Assembly (NCBI RefSeq): GCF_028368995.1
Contig: NZ_JAQNDL010000001.1
Coordinates: 2,592,001-2,656,000, forward strand
Reading direction: 5' to 3'
Length of the DNA stretch: 64,000 nucleotides
From: Nannocystis bainbridge
GTDB lineage: Bacteria > Myxococcota_A > Polyangia > Nannocystales > Nannocystaceae
Part shown: positions 1-9,482 of the stretch, one piece after another
How the letters are laid out: every line of letters begins with the position of its first letter
Numbering within the stretch: position 1 is the stretch's first letter
Notes under the pieces: generated by a model
What the model was told of the DNA's origin: nothing
The model's database searches: none
What the model saw: the letters and a program-made list of their open reading frames with translations, nothing else
Program-made: the position numbers and the translations under genes

Positions 1-1247
1 ACCAGCGTCGGCGTGCCGTCGATCTTTCGGTCGCCGAACTCGAGCTCGAGCACGCGGTCGCCCGGGGTGACGAACATCGTAGCGCAGTCCTCGCCCATGC
101 ACGCCGGATCGGTCGGCGCGTCGAGCCCGTACACGTTGAAGCCGCCGAGGTTGGGCGTCATGCCGGTGATCGGGTGCTCCGTGCCCGGCTCGAGCACGGC
201 CGCCACGGAGCAGCCGACCGACTTGAGGTCGGCGTCGTAGATCTGCAGCTCGGCCATGAACTCGCTGGCGCGAAAGTCGACGCTGACCACCTCGCTGGCG
301 ACCGGCGCGAACGAGCCGGTCGCCGCCGTCGTCGCCCCCGGCAGCATCGCCGGCAACGACAGCTCGGCCGCCTCCGCCAGCACGTAGCGCTGGGCGAACG
401 ACCACGGGTCCTGCAATTCGGCCCCGGTCGGCGCCGCCACCAGCGGCCCCGCGACCAGGTGACCGAGCCAAAGATCGTCGCCCTTGGTGGCATCGACCAG
501 CGGCCAGCCGCCGCGGCCCGTGTCGGGCCGCCACGCGATCGTCCATGCATCGATCTCCGTCGCCCCCAATTGCGGCGAGCCCGACGTGTCCTCCGCATCG
601 AGCACGGGGAACTGCAGCATCAGCGCGTCGGCGTCGTGCGAGTAGAGCTCGAACTGATCCTCCGGCCCGAGCGGCGCCAGATCGCCGACCGAAAGCGTCA
701 GCCCCGTCGCCGCCTCCCCCGTCGCCGCGACGTCCGGCCGCCCGGCGAAGATCCCCGCGTAGTTGCCGAGCTTGCGCGCCTGCGCGACGAACACGAGCTG
801 CTGCCCCGGCGCGTCCGGCAGCTCCGGCTCCGCCGGCCTGCGCGTGCGCAGCTGATACACCGCCTCCGGCACGCCCGCGAACTCGAGCCGCGCCTTCTCC
901 TCGGAGAACAGCGCCGGATAGGTCTGCCCGACCGCGACGATCGCCATCGATGCGTGATCGAGCAGCGGATCGCGGGTCACCACGACCTCGGCCGCGTCAC
1001 GCGGCCGATACGTGCGCACCGCCGAGGCGATCACGCCGGCGAACACCTCCTCCGGCTCGCCGGTCGTCGGCTCCTCGCTCGGCCCCGTCGTCGGTGTCGC
1101 GTCGGTCGTCGGCCCCTCGCCGCCCTCGCTGGTGCTGCTGCTGCTGCCGTCGGTGGTCGTCGCCGGCGCCGCGACGATCGGCGTCGGACAGCCGGCGAGG
1201 GTCAGCAACAGGCCGCTCGCACCCGTCAAGCTCGAGGACAATCGCAT
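1..1247 (-). CDS. Lipoprotein with Ser/Thr-rich linker, unknown function (3' end outside window)
   Basis: Translated by hand, as it is not in the ORF track because it runs off the edge. ATG at 1247 with GGAG upstream; MRLSSSLTGASGLLLTLAG-C lipobox, a TTTDGSSSSTSEGG linker, then a frame open to position 1. Confidence 0.8.
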   Translation of the reverse strand, partial: MRLSSSLTGASGLLLTLAGCPTPIVAAPATTTDGSSSSTSEGGEGPTTDATPTTGPSEEPTTGEPEEVFAGVIASAVRTYRPRDAAEVVVTRDPLLDHASMAIVAVGQTYPALFSEEKARLEFAGVPEAVYQLRTRRPAEPELPDAPGQQLVFVAQARKLGNYAGIFAGRPDVAATGEAATGLTLSVGDLAPLGPEDQFELYSHDADALMLQFPVLDAEDTSGSPQLGATEIDAWTIAWRPDTGRGGWPLVDATKGDDLWLGHLVAGPLVAAPTGAELQDPWSFAQRYVLAEAAELSLPAMLPGATTAATGSFAPVASEVVSVDFRASEFMAELQIYDADLKSVGCSVAAVLEPGTEHPITGMTPNLGGFNVYGLDAPTDPACMGEDCATMFVTPGDRVLELEFGDRKIDGTPTL

Positions 1248-1420
1248 CGCTCCAATCTCCTGCAGATCGGCGCACGCATACAACCCCTCCGCGGCGCGGG
1301 CCCGCGGCCCCACTGCGAGTCGCCGCCCCATATGCGCCGCAGCGCGGCCGACGCTCGCGAGCGTTAGCGCGCGAGCGGCCAGCAGCCCGCACGCCCGCGC
1401 TTCGGGCATCATCGCCGCCC

Positions 1421-3007
1421 GTGTTCGCCCGCCGCGAAATCGGCACCGCCCTGGCGCTCGCCGGCATCGCCGGCCTGTCGTGCCTGGTCCGCCTGCCCGG
1501 CTTCCGCGAGGGCGGGTTCGCCTCCCACGACGTCGGCGGGATCCTCTACGAGGCAATGCTCCTGCGCGCCGGCGGCCTGCCCTACGTCGACGCGATCGAG
1601 CTCAAGGCCCCGGGCACCTTCTACCTCGCCACCGTGCTCGCCGGCCCCGACGGGCGTGACATCGCCGCCTTCCAGATCGCCGCCAACCTGGTCGCCCTCG
1701 CCTCCTTGTTGGTGCTCGCCGTGCTCGCCTGGCGGCTGTGGGGCGCCCGCGCGGCCGTCGTCGCCGCCGCGCTGTACGCCCTGCACGACGCCCACCTCGA
1801 CAGCATGGACGCCAACTACGTCACCTGGGCCCAGCTGCCGGCGATCGCCGCCGGGCTGTGCGCGGCGCGGGCGGCCGCCTGGCGCGAAGAACCTGTCTCT
1901 TCGCGCAGGTCCTTCGGGACATGGCTCCTGGGCGGGGTGATGTGCGGCCTGGCCGCGCTGTGCAAGCAGCCCTCCGGCGTCGTGCTCCTGCCGGTGTTGT
2001 TCTGGGCCGTGTGCCCGCCGGGGCGCCGCGACCTCCGGGCCGGTCTCGCCGTGCTCGCCGGCTTCCTGCTCGCGCACCTGCCGGTCGGCCTGCACTACCT
2101 CGCCCGCGGCCACCTCGGCGCGCTGCTCGGCGGCTACGTGTGGAACCCGTGGGGCTTCGAGTACATCGCCCGCAACACGGCCGCCACCGCGCCGGCGCGG
2201 GCCGCCTGGGAGCTGCTCGCGGCGGCGGTCCACTTCCTGGCCCTGCCGCTGGCGCTGGCGCTGTTGGCCCTGACCGCCCGTCCTCGAGGACATGCCGCGA
2301 AGGACATGTCCCAAGGTACTCCATCCCATGTCTCGAAGGACAGCCGCGAGGTCCCCGGCGCCACCCGCTTCCTGCTCGCCTGGACCGCCGCCGCCGTGGC
2401 CGCCGCCGCCACCGGCCTGCGCTTCTACAAGGGCTACTGGCTCGGCGTCCTGCCGCCGCTGTGCCTCCTCGCCGCCGCGCCGTGGGGCGTCTGCGCCGCT
2501 GCCCCGTGGCGACGCGGCTGGCCGCGCCTCGTGCTCGCCCCGCTGATCCTCGCCCTGACCGTGCGCGCCGCCTGGGCCGTGCGCCTGACGCGAGACGACC
2601 GCGCCCGCCCGCACGACGAGGGCGCCCGCGCGATCGGTCGCTGGCTCGGCGACCGCACCGGCCCGGACGACACCATCTGGGTGTGGGGCTGGCACCTGTG
2701 GGGCGTGCACGCCTACAGCGGCCGGCTGTCGGCCAGCCGCGTCTACAAGACCCTCGGCCTGCTGACCACCACGCCCGACGACACCTGGCGCACCCCCGCC
2801 GGCCCGCCGCAGATGCTGGCCGACGGCCCGTGGGCGCAGCAGCTCCTGCGCGACCTGGCCGCCGCTCCGCCGGCGTTCGTGGCGATCGGCGGCACGGCCC
2901 CGAAGCACGAATTCCCGGCCCTGCGCCGCTTCCTCGCCGCGCACTACGTCCGCGACTACGGCCTGCGCTTCGGCAAGGTGGAGATCTGGCGCCGCGCGGA
3001 CCGCTGA
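1421..3007 (+). CDS. GT-C type membrane glycosyltransferase (ArnT/PMT-like)
   Basis: Multi-TM protein with D-x-G-x-x-Y...GGLPYVDAIELKAPG and LAALCKQP motifs. Start GTG 1421 is estimated; the ORF-track extension to 545 is low-complexity. Confidence 0.75.
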   Translation: MFARREIGTALALAGIAGLSCLVRLPGFREGGFASHDVGGILYEAMLLRAGGLPYVDAIELKAPGTFYLATVLAGPDGRDIAAFQIAANLVALASLLVLAVLAWRLWGARAAVVAAALYALHDAHLDSMDANYVTWAQLPAIAAGLCAARAAAWREEPVSSRRSFGTWLLGGVMCGLAALCKQPSGVVLLPVLFWAVCPPGRRDLRAGLAVLAGFLLAHLPVGLHYLARGHLGALLGGYVWNPWGFEYIARNTAATAPARAAWELLAAAVHFLALPLALALLALTARPRGHAAKDMSQGTPSHVSKDSREVPGATRFLLAWTAAAVAAAATGLRFYKGYWLGVLPPLCLLAAAPWGVCAAAPWRRGWPRLVLAPLILALTVRAAWAVRLTRDDRARPHDEGARAIGRWLGDRTGPDDTIWVWGWHLWGVHAYSGRLSASRVYKTLGLLTTTPDDTWRTPAGPPQMLADGPWAQQLLRDLAAAPPAFVAIGGTAPKHEFPALRRFLAAHYVRDYGLRFGKVEIWRRADR

Positions 3008-3145
3008 AATGACATGTCCATTGCGACATGTTCATGTCGCCATGTCATTCCCCCGCGGCCGACCGCGACGACCGGGCAAAGATCGACCGATCGCAGGCAA
3101 ACCCGCGCCCTGGCGCCGATGCGACGCCAGGCCGACATTGGCGGC

Positions 3146-4183
3146 ATGCGAACGCGACGGACTCGACGCGGAGGCCTCACGCGGCGGCGGTTGCTCGGAT
3201 GGGCCGGGCTGACCGGCCTGCTGGGGTGCTCGCGCCGCTCGCCCGTCGCGCCCCCGCAGGAGGGCTCGACCATGGATTTCGACATCGTCATCGTCGGCGG
3301 CGGACCGGCCGGCCTCAGCGCCGCCCTCGCGCTCGGGCGCGCCCGCAAGCGCGTGCTCGTGTGCGACGCCGGCGCGCCGCGCAACCTCGCCGCCGCCCAC
3401 ATCCAGGGCTTCGTCACCCGCGACGGCACGCCGCCCGCGGAGTTCCGCCGGATCGCCCGCGCCGAGCTGACCGCCTATCCGGGCGTCGTCGTGCGCGACA
3501 CCCGGGTGCTCGACATCGCCGCGCAGGCCCCCGACGCCTTCGCCGTCACCCTCGCCGGCGACGCCCGCGTGACCGCGCGCCGCGTGCTGCTGTGCACCGG
3601 CCTCGTCGACGAGCTGCCGCCGCTGCCCGGCATCGCCGAGTTCTGGGCCACCAGCGTGCATTTGTGCCCCTACTGCCACGGCTGGGAGCTGCGCGAGCGG
3701 CCGCTCGGCTACCTGTGCCCGGACCCGGCGATGCTCGAGTGGGCGCTGCTGCTGCGCGGCTGGTCGCCCACGGTCGTGGTGTTCACCGACGACGCCTTCG
3801 CCGTGCCCGCCGACACGCGCGCGCACCTGCAGCAGGCCGGCGTGGCGATCGAGCCGCGCAAGCTGAAGCGGCTGGTCGGCGCCGGCACGCTGACCGCGGC
3901 CGAGCTGACAGACGGCGACCGGATCGCCATCGAGGGCCTGTTCGTGCGGCCGAAGCAGCATCAGGTCCCGATCGTCGCCGGCCTCGGGCTCACGCTCGAC
4001 GAGCACGGCTTCGTCAAGGTCGACGATTTTAAGCAGACCTCGCGCCCGGGCATCTACGCCGCCGGCGACCTCACGACCGGCCTGCAGGGCGCCATCTTCT
4101 CCGCCGCCGCCGGCTACCTCGCCGGTGCCGCGATCAACCACGGCCTGACGACCGAGCTGGCGCTGCGCGGCGAGCTCGAGTGA
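3146..4183 (+). CDS. NAD(P)/FAD-dependent oxidoreductase, thioredoxin-reductase-like
   Basis: DIVIVGGGPAGLSAA FAD motif, CPYC redox motif, TSRPGIYAAGD. Alternative start ATG 3272 has a GGAGG RBS; start 3146 adds a Tat-like plus lipobox leader. Confidence 0.9.
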   Translation: MRTRRTRRGGLTRRRLLGWAGLTGLLGCSRRSPVAPPQEGSTMDFDIVIVGGGPAGLSAALALGRARKRVLVCDAGAPRNLAAAHIQGFVTRDGTPPAEFRRIARAELTAYPGVVVRDTRVLDIAAQAPDAFAVTLAGDARVTARRVLLCTGLVDELPPLPGIAEFWATSVHLCPYCHGWELRERPLGYLCPDPAMLEWALLLRGWSPTVVVFTDDAFAVPADTRAHLQQAGVAIEPRKLKRLVGAGTLTAAELTDGDRIAIEGLFVRPKQHQVPIVAGLGLTLDEHGFVKVDDFKQTSRPGIYAAGDLTTGLQGAIFSAAAGYLAGAAINHGLTTELALRGELE

Positions 4184-4191
4184 CCGCGCCT

Positions 4192-4251
4192 CATGTCCTC
4201 GAGGACATGCTCTTGAGGCCATGTCCTCGAGCAAATGTCCTCAAGGACATC
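4192..4251. repeat. 14-bp-phased GACATGTC-type array between convergent genes
   Basis: CAT cores at 4192, 4206, 4220, (AAT 4234) and 4248. Confidence 0.85.
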
Positions 4252-4261
4252 AACAAAAAAA

Positions 4262-5092
4262 TCACTCGGCCCGCGCGCGCCGCTGCTCCGCGCGCCAGGC
4301 CGCCGGCGTGCAGCCGTGCTCGCGGCGGAACAGACGGATGAAGTGCGTGGGGTCGAGGTCGCCGACCCGCCCTGCGATCGCCTCGACCGTCTCGTCGCTG
4401 GTGAGCAGGCGCCGGCGGGCCTCTGCCAGCCGCCCGGCGGCGATCCACTGGTGGGCAGTGCGGCCCGTGGCCCGCCGCAGCGCCGTCGTCACGTACGCCG
4501 GCGAGCGGCCCAGCGCCGCCGCGACGTCGCGCAGCGAGATCGGCGCGAGGCAGCGGCGCTCGATGAACCGCAGCGCCTGCGCCACCACCGGCGCCGCCGA
4601 CGACGGGTCCCCCGCCGGCGCCGCGCGCACGACCTCGGCCAGCACCAGCGTCAACAGGCTGCGCTGCACCTGCGCCTGCAGGGCCGTCGGCGCCTGCGAC
4701 GACTCCTCGCGCAGCTCGGCGATCACCCGCCGCAGGTGCTCCTGACGCGGGCCCGGGATCGGCAGCACCGCGGCCGCGCCGGCCCGCACGCGCTCGAACG
4801 GCTCGAGCAGCGCCGCGTGCTCGGAGGCCGCCAGGTAGACCGGGTCGAAGCCGACGCCCCACGCCTCGGCCCCGCCGCCGCAGATCGTCCGGTGCGCCTC
4901 GCCGGCCGGCACGAGCTGCACGTCCCCGGCCTCGACCCGCACGCGTCCGCGCTGCTCGACCTCGGCGCGGCCGTCGACGTAGAACACCACCGCCGCGAAG
5001 CCGTGCACCACCGGCCGCTGCGGGCCGACGCAGCGGCCCACCTGGTGGTGCCGGACGAACACGGGCCGGTCTTCGCTGCGATCGAGGCGCAT
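4262..5092 (-). CDS. AraC family transcriptional regulator
   Basis: N-terminal cupin (VQLVPAGEAH) and C-terminal double HTH (LRDVAAALGRSPAY...FIRLFRREHGCTPAAWR). Confidence 0.92.
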   Translation of the reverse strand: MRLDRSEDRPVFVRHHQVGRCVGPQRPVVHGFAAVVFYVDGRAEVEQRGRVRVEAGDVQLVPAGEAHRTICGGGAEAWGVGFDPVYLAASEHAALLEPFERVRAGAAAVLPIPGPRQEHLRRVIAELREESSQAPTALQAQVQRSLLTLVLAEVVRAAPAGDPSSAAPVVAQALRFIERRCLAPISLRDVAAALGRSPAYVTTALRRATGRTAHQWIAAGRLAEARRRLLTSDETVEAIAGRVGDLDPTHFIRLFRREHGCTPAAWRAEQRRARAE

Positions 5093-5104
5093 GCCTCAGG
5101 CGTA

Positions 5105-5138
5105 ATGCAATCCGAATCCACTTGCAACCCGATTGCAT
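5105..5138. promoter_or_regulatory. Putative operator upstream of the AraC gene
   Basis: Inverted repeat ATGCAATC-N18-GATTGCAT with an internal TGCAACCCG copy; AT-rich patch 13 bp from the start codon. Confidence 0.45.
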
Positions 5139-5456
5139 AAATACCGCCCACCTGCGACCCGAGCACGAGGATGGCGCCAGGCGGCCGACCCCGGCTCACT
5201 TCCGCGAGCGCGGAGCCGCCGCGAGCTGTCGCCGGCCGGGCGCATCACGGCTCGCAATCCACCGTGCGTCTCACGGTCGGCTTCGCCCTCGCCACGCGCC
5301 GCTCTCGATGACATGTGAGCCGCTGCACGACGCCAGCGCGCCTCGAGGTTCGCGTGCATCGACGGCCCCGCGTGTCCGCACGCCCGCGTGAGCCCGGCGA
5401 CGCGCCGACCCCTGGCGAGCGCCGGCGGGCTTCCGCTATGGTGACCGTCCACTCCC

Positions 5457-6986
5457 ATGTCGACCCGCTGTCTGCTGTTCGTCCCGCTCCTCCTCTCCCT
5501 CGCCTGCGGCGGCAGCGACCCGGGCGCCAGCACCGGCACCGACGATTCGACCTCGACCGGCCCCGGCAATTCGACCGGCACCACCGCCAACCCCGGCCCG
5601 ACCAGCACCAGCGTCGACCCGACCACCTCGAATTCGACGACCGGCAGCCCCACCGGCACCACCACCACCACCGGTGACGACACGACCACGACCTCGAGCC
5701 CCGTCACCTCGACGACGACGAGCACCACCGACGGGCCCGACACGACCACCACCACCGGCGATCCCGACACCACCACCGGCGGCGTGATCGACGGCTTCCT
5801 CATCGGCGTGCACACGGCCGACGTCTCGCCGACCGACGCGCACCTCAACAAGAACGTCTACATGGGCGCCTACGGGGCCCCGTTCACGCGCGGCCCGGCC
5901 CAGGGCGTGCACGACGCCATCTTCGCCCGCAGCTTCGCCATCGAGGGCGACGGCGGCGGCGTGATCATGTCGATCGTCGACCTGCCCGGCATGGGCAACC
6001 AGAACACCCGCGCCGTGCGCCAGAAGGTCGCCGAGCTCACCGGCCTCGACGAGGGCCAGATCCTCGTCGGCACCACCCACAGCCACTCCGCGCCCGACCT
6101 CATGGGCCTGTGGGGCGGCGTGCCCGGCGACTACCGCGACTACATCAACGACGAGATCGCCCACAGCATGGCCGCCGCGTGGGACGCCCGCGTCCCGGCC
6201 ACGCTGGCGGTCGCCACCGTCAAGGCGCCCAACAACAACCGCCGCGGCTGGGGCTTCACCGACGACGACATGACGATCCTCGACGCCAAGGACCTCGACG
6301 GCGAGCGCATCGGCACGCTCGTCAACTTCGCCGCCCACCCGGTGATCCTCGGCGAGGGCAACAAGGAGATCTCGTGCGACTACGTCGGCTACTCGGTCCA
6401 GAAGATCGAGGCGGCCCTCGGCGCGCCCGCCAGCCTGTTCAACGGCGCCCTCGGCGACGCCACGCCCAAGGTCCCCGCCGGCGAGTACCCCGACGATTTC
6501 GCCCGCGCCCAGGCCTACGGCGAGCTGCTCGCCGACCTCGCCATCGCCGCCGTCGAGACCGCCGAGCCGGTCGAGGGCTCGCTGGTGTGGTCGCACACCG
6601 AGTGGGAGCAGGGCGTCGACAACCTGCTGTTCCAGCTGGCCGCCGGGCTCGGGATCCTCCAGTTCGACTTCGAGTCGATGGGCCTGTCGCAGGTCGTCAC
6701 CACCCAGAGCACCTACTTCCGCCTCGGCACCCAGATCCAGGGCGTGGCCTTCCCCGGCGAGTCGCTGACCCGCAACGGCCTGGCGATCAAGGAGACCATG
6801 AAGGCCCCGCACAAGCTGATCCTCGGCAACACCGGCGACGCCCTCGGCTACTTCATCCCCAGCGACGAGTGGCAGACCGGCAAGAACGACAACTACGAGG
6901 AGACGGTGTCCCTCGGCAAGACCGCCGGCGACACCGCCCGCAACAAGATCAACGCCCTGGTCACCGCCGACAACGCCAACTTCTGA
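5457..6986 (+). CDS. Lipoprotein with Thr-rich linker and neutral/alkaline ceramidase-like domain
   Basis: LSLAC lipobox, long Thr/Ser linker, GVHDAIFARS, THSHSAP and NFAAHPV motifs. Confidence 0.75.
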   Translation: MSTRCLLFVPLLLSLACGGSDPGASTGTDDSTSTGPGNSTGTTANPGPTSTSVDPTTSNSTTGSPTGTTTTTGDDTTTTSSPVTSTTTSTTDGPDTTTTTGDPDTTTGGVIDGFLIGVHTADVSPTDAHLNKNVYMGAYGAPFTRGPAQGVHDAIFARSFAIEGDGGGVIMSIVDLPGMGNQNTRAVRQKVAELTGLDEGQILVGTTHSHSAPDLMGLWGGVPGDYRDYINDEIAHSMAAAWDARVPATLAVATVKAPNNNRRGWGFTDDDMTILDAKDLDGERIGTLVNFAAHPVILGEGNKEISCDYVGYSVQKIEAALGAPASLFNGALGDATPKVPAGEYPDDFARAQAYGELLADLAIAAVETAEPVEGSLVWSHTEWEQGVDNLLFQLAAGLGILQFDFESMGLSQVVTTQSTYFRLGTQIQGVAFPGESLTRNGLAIKETMKAPHKLILGNTGDALGYFIPSDEWQTGKNDNYEETVSLGKTAGDTARNKINALVTADNANF

Positions 6987-7073
6987 GCCCCGGCGCACCT
7001 GCACCTTTGGACATGCCCGATCGAGCCTGCCCGTTCGGACATGCTCGATCGGACATGACCCACCCTCGCCCGC

Positions 7074-7625
7074 CTAGCCCGGCACGCGCGCGGGCCGGCC
7101 GTCCGGGGGCGTCGGCGCGACCACGCGGAACGTGACGCGCACGCGGTCGATGTGGCCGTCGCCGTCGGCCACGGAGATCGGCAGGACCCAGTCGCCCGGC
7201 TCGGAGAGATCGAGCGCGAGGGTCCACTGCGTCCCCTCGGAGTTGGTCGGCCAGCCCTCGGGGAAGAACGCCGAGGCGGTCGCCCCGGTCGGCGGGTCGA
7301 CGGCCTCGAACGTCAGCATCAGCGGGTAGGTCGGCGTCTCCATCGTGGACTCGTCGTCGTCGTCCATGAAGTCCGGCCCCGTGCGCACGTCGAGGGCGAC
7401 CCGCGTCCGCCCCGGCACCGACGGCCAGGCGAAGTTGCTGTTGGGGAACGGCGAGAACTCGAGCACGTAGAGCCCCTCGTCGGTCTCGATCGGCCGCCCC
7501 GCGACCACGTACTGGACCGACATGTCCGGCTCGCCCCCCGGGGCCGGCTCCGTCGGCGGAGCGCACCCGCCCGTCATCAGCAGCCCCGCGATCGTGCAAC
7601 CCATCAGCCCGCCGAAGTTCGACAT
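7074..7625 (-). CDS. Hypothetical lipoprotein (probable Ig-like fold)
   Basis: ATG 7625 with GGAGG RBS; LLMTGGC lipobox; C-terminal LDLSEPGDWVLPISV. The rest of ORF 7074..10505 is a shadow frame. Confidence 0.75.
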   Translation of the reverse strand: MSNFGGLMGCTIAGLLMTGGCAPPTEPAPGGEPDMSVQYVVAGRPIETDEGLYVLEFSPFPNSNFAWPSVPGRTRVALDVRTGPDFMDDDDESTMETPTYPLMLTFEAVDPPTGATASAFFPEGWPTNSEGTQWTLALDLSEPGDWVLPISVADGDGHIDRVRVTFRVVAPTPPDGRPARVPG

Positions 7626-7855
7626 ACGACCTCCTGCCGCCAAGCGTAGCCCGCGAGCCGGCGACGACCACCCGCAGCGCTTGCGCGGGCCGGCCCCGCC
7701 GCCGGTAGGAATTGCTCGCAGCCGGCCAAGACGACCGGGCGAGCGACGATATGTCCCGAGAGACATATGACAGATTCCAGCGGGCCCGGCTCGTGACATG
7801 TCTCCATGGACATGTCCTTCGCGCCCTGTCCGCCTGCCCCTCGGGACAGGCGGGC

Positions 7856-9310
7856 TCAGGAGATGTCGTGCTTCTTCAGCAGCCGCTTGAGCTGGTCGCG
7901 GCTGCGCAGCCCGAGCTCGCGCCAGGCCCGGTCGCGCACCCCGCCGACGCGGGCCAGCGCGGCGACGATCTGCTCGCGCGACAGCTCGCGCGGGTCGGTC
8001 GAATCGGCGCTGGCGGCGGTCGGCGGCGGGGTAGCCGGGCGGACCACAAAATCGGCCGGCAGGTCGAGCAGCGAGCCCGAGCTGGTGGCGATCGCCCGCC
8101 ACAGCAGCTCGGTCAGCTCGCGGGTGTGGGCGCTGAAGCGATGGTGCGCCAGCGCCACCACCAGGCGGGCACCGAGCACCGGCTCGCCGCCGACGAAGAA
8201 GCGCTCGGCGATCGCCGGGTCGCGGGCCGCGAACCCGCGCAGCAGGTGCCGCGCCACCAGCACCACGTCCTCCGGTCGCTCGCCGAAGCCGGGCACGCCG
8301 ACGCGGTGGGCGAAGCGGGCCAGGAAGTCGTGCTTGAGCTCGCCGGGCTGGCGGTTGGTGGCCGCCAGCACGCGCACGTCGGCGGCGCGCATCGACGAGT
8401 CGCCGAGGCGCTGGTACTCGCCGCTGTCCATCACCCGCAGCAGGCTCGCCTGCAGCGTCTCCGACAGCTCGCCGATCTCGTCGAGGAACAGCGACGAGCG
8501 GTCGGCGTCGCCGAACAGCCCGCTGCGATCGGGCGTGCCCGGGCTCGGATAGTCCTTGAGGTTGCCGAACAGCTCGGGGTCGATCAGCCGCTCGGGGATC
8601 GTCGCCGCGTTGCGGGCGATCAGCGGCCGCGCGCCGCGGCTCGAGGCGGCGTGGATCGCCCGCACCACCAGCTCCTTGCCGGCCCCGCTCGGCCCCTCGA
8701 CCAGCACGTGCCCGTCGCGCTGGGCCAGGAACAGGATCTGCTGGCGCAGCAGCCACGCCGCCGGCGACTCGCCGACCAGCCCGAACCGGTCGACCGTGCC
8801 GAACGGGAACACGTCGGGCCAGCCGCCCGGCCGCGGCCAGTCGAGCGGCCGCCGCGTCACCAGCAGCACGAACCGACCGACCGCCTCGATCGTGTCGCCG
8901 GGCGCGACCGCGGCCTCGCGGGTCGGCTGGTCGTTGATCCGCAGCTCGCCCTTGCCGATGCCCTCGACCGCCAGCTCGTCGCCCTGCTCGAGCGTGATGC
9001 GGATCTGCCAGCGCGACACCCGGGCCGCCTGGAACGGCCCGCGCTCCTCGCTCGAGAACGGCCGCAGCCGCCGCAGCGTCAGCGGCAGCGAGCCGTCCTC
9101 GTAGCTCTCGATCGCCCGCCCGAGCGTGAAGCTCATGCCCCGCGCCGTCGGCGGCAGCACCACGACCTCGCCGACCCGCTCCGGCTCGTCGTGCGACCAC
9201 AACACCACCAGCGCCGGCGCGAACCGCTGCGGCGCCGTGAAGTCGCGGTCGTAGACGATCTCCGCCGTCTCCGACAGCGTCGACTCGTGCGGTTGTCGTC
9301 GACCCTGCAT
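7856..9310 (-). CDS. NtrC-type AAA+ transcriptional regulator with N-terminal FHA-like domain
   Basis: Walker A GPSGAGKE, Walker B LFLDEIGE, VRVLAATN, C-terminal Fis-like HTH. The GAFTGA loop is replaced. Confidence 0.88.
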   Translation of the reverse strand: MQGRRQPHESTLSETAEIVYDRDFTAPQRFAPALVVLWSHDEPERVGEVVVLPPTARGMSFTLGRAIESYEDGSLPLTLRRLRPFSSEERGPFQAARVSRWQIRITLEQGDELAVEGIGKGELRINDQPTREAAVAPGDTIEAVGRFVLLVTRRPLDWPRPGGWPDVFPFGTVDRFGLVGESPAAWLLRQQILFLAQRDGHVLVEGPSGAGKELVVRAIHAASSRGARPLIARNAATIPERLIDPELFGNLKDYPSPGTPDRSGLFGDADRSSLFLDEIGELSETLQASLLRVMDSGEYQRLGDSSMRAADVRVLAATNRQPGELKHDFLARFAHRVGVPGFGERPEDVVLVARHLLRGFAARDPAIAERFFVGGEPVLGARLVVALAHHRFSAHTRELTELLWRAIATSSGSLLDLPADFVVRPATPPPTAASADSTDPRELSREQIVAALARVGGVRDRAWRELGLRSRDQLKRLLKKHDIS

Positions 9311-9482
9311 GCTCGTCGGCCGACGTTATGCAGTTCGCCCGCGCGATGCCAGCGGGAAGCGTCCTCCGCACAATGCGCGCTTTCGCCCGACGGGGCCCGC
9401 CGCCCCGCTCGCTGCAATTCCGAACCACAGCCCGGATTACCTCGCGGACACCTGCTCGCCGCACCATCGCCGCCCGTGAGCG

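Noticed and set aside
4192-4251. Match of GGACATGTCC to the p53 half-site RRRCWWGYYY
   Set aside because: Coincidental similarity of a short palindrome; there is no evidence for a p53-like protein here.
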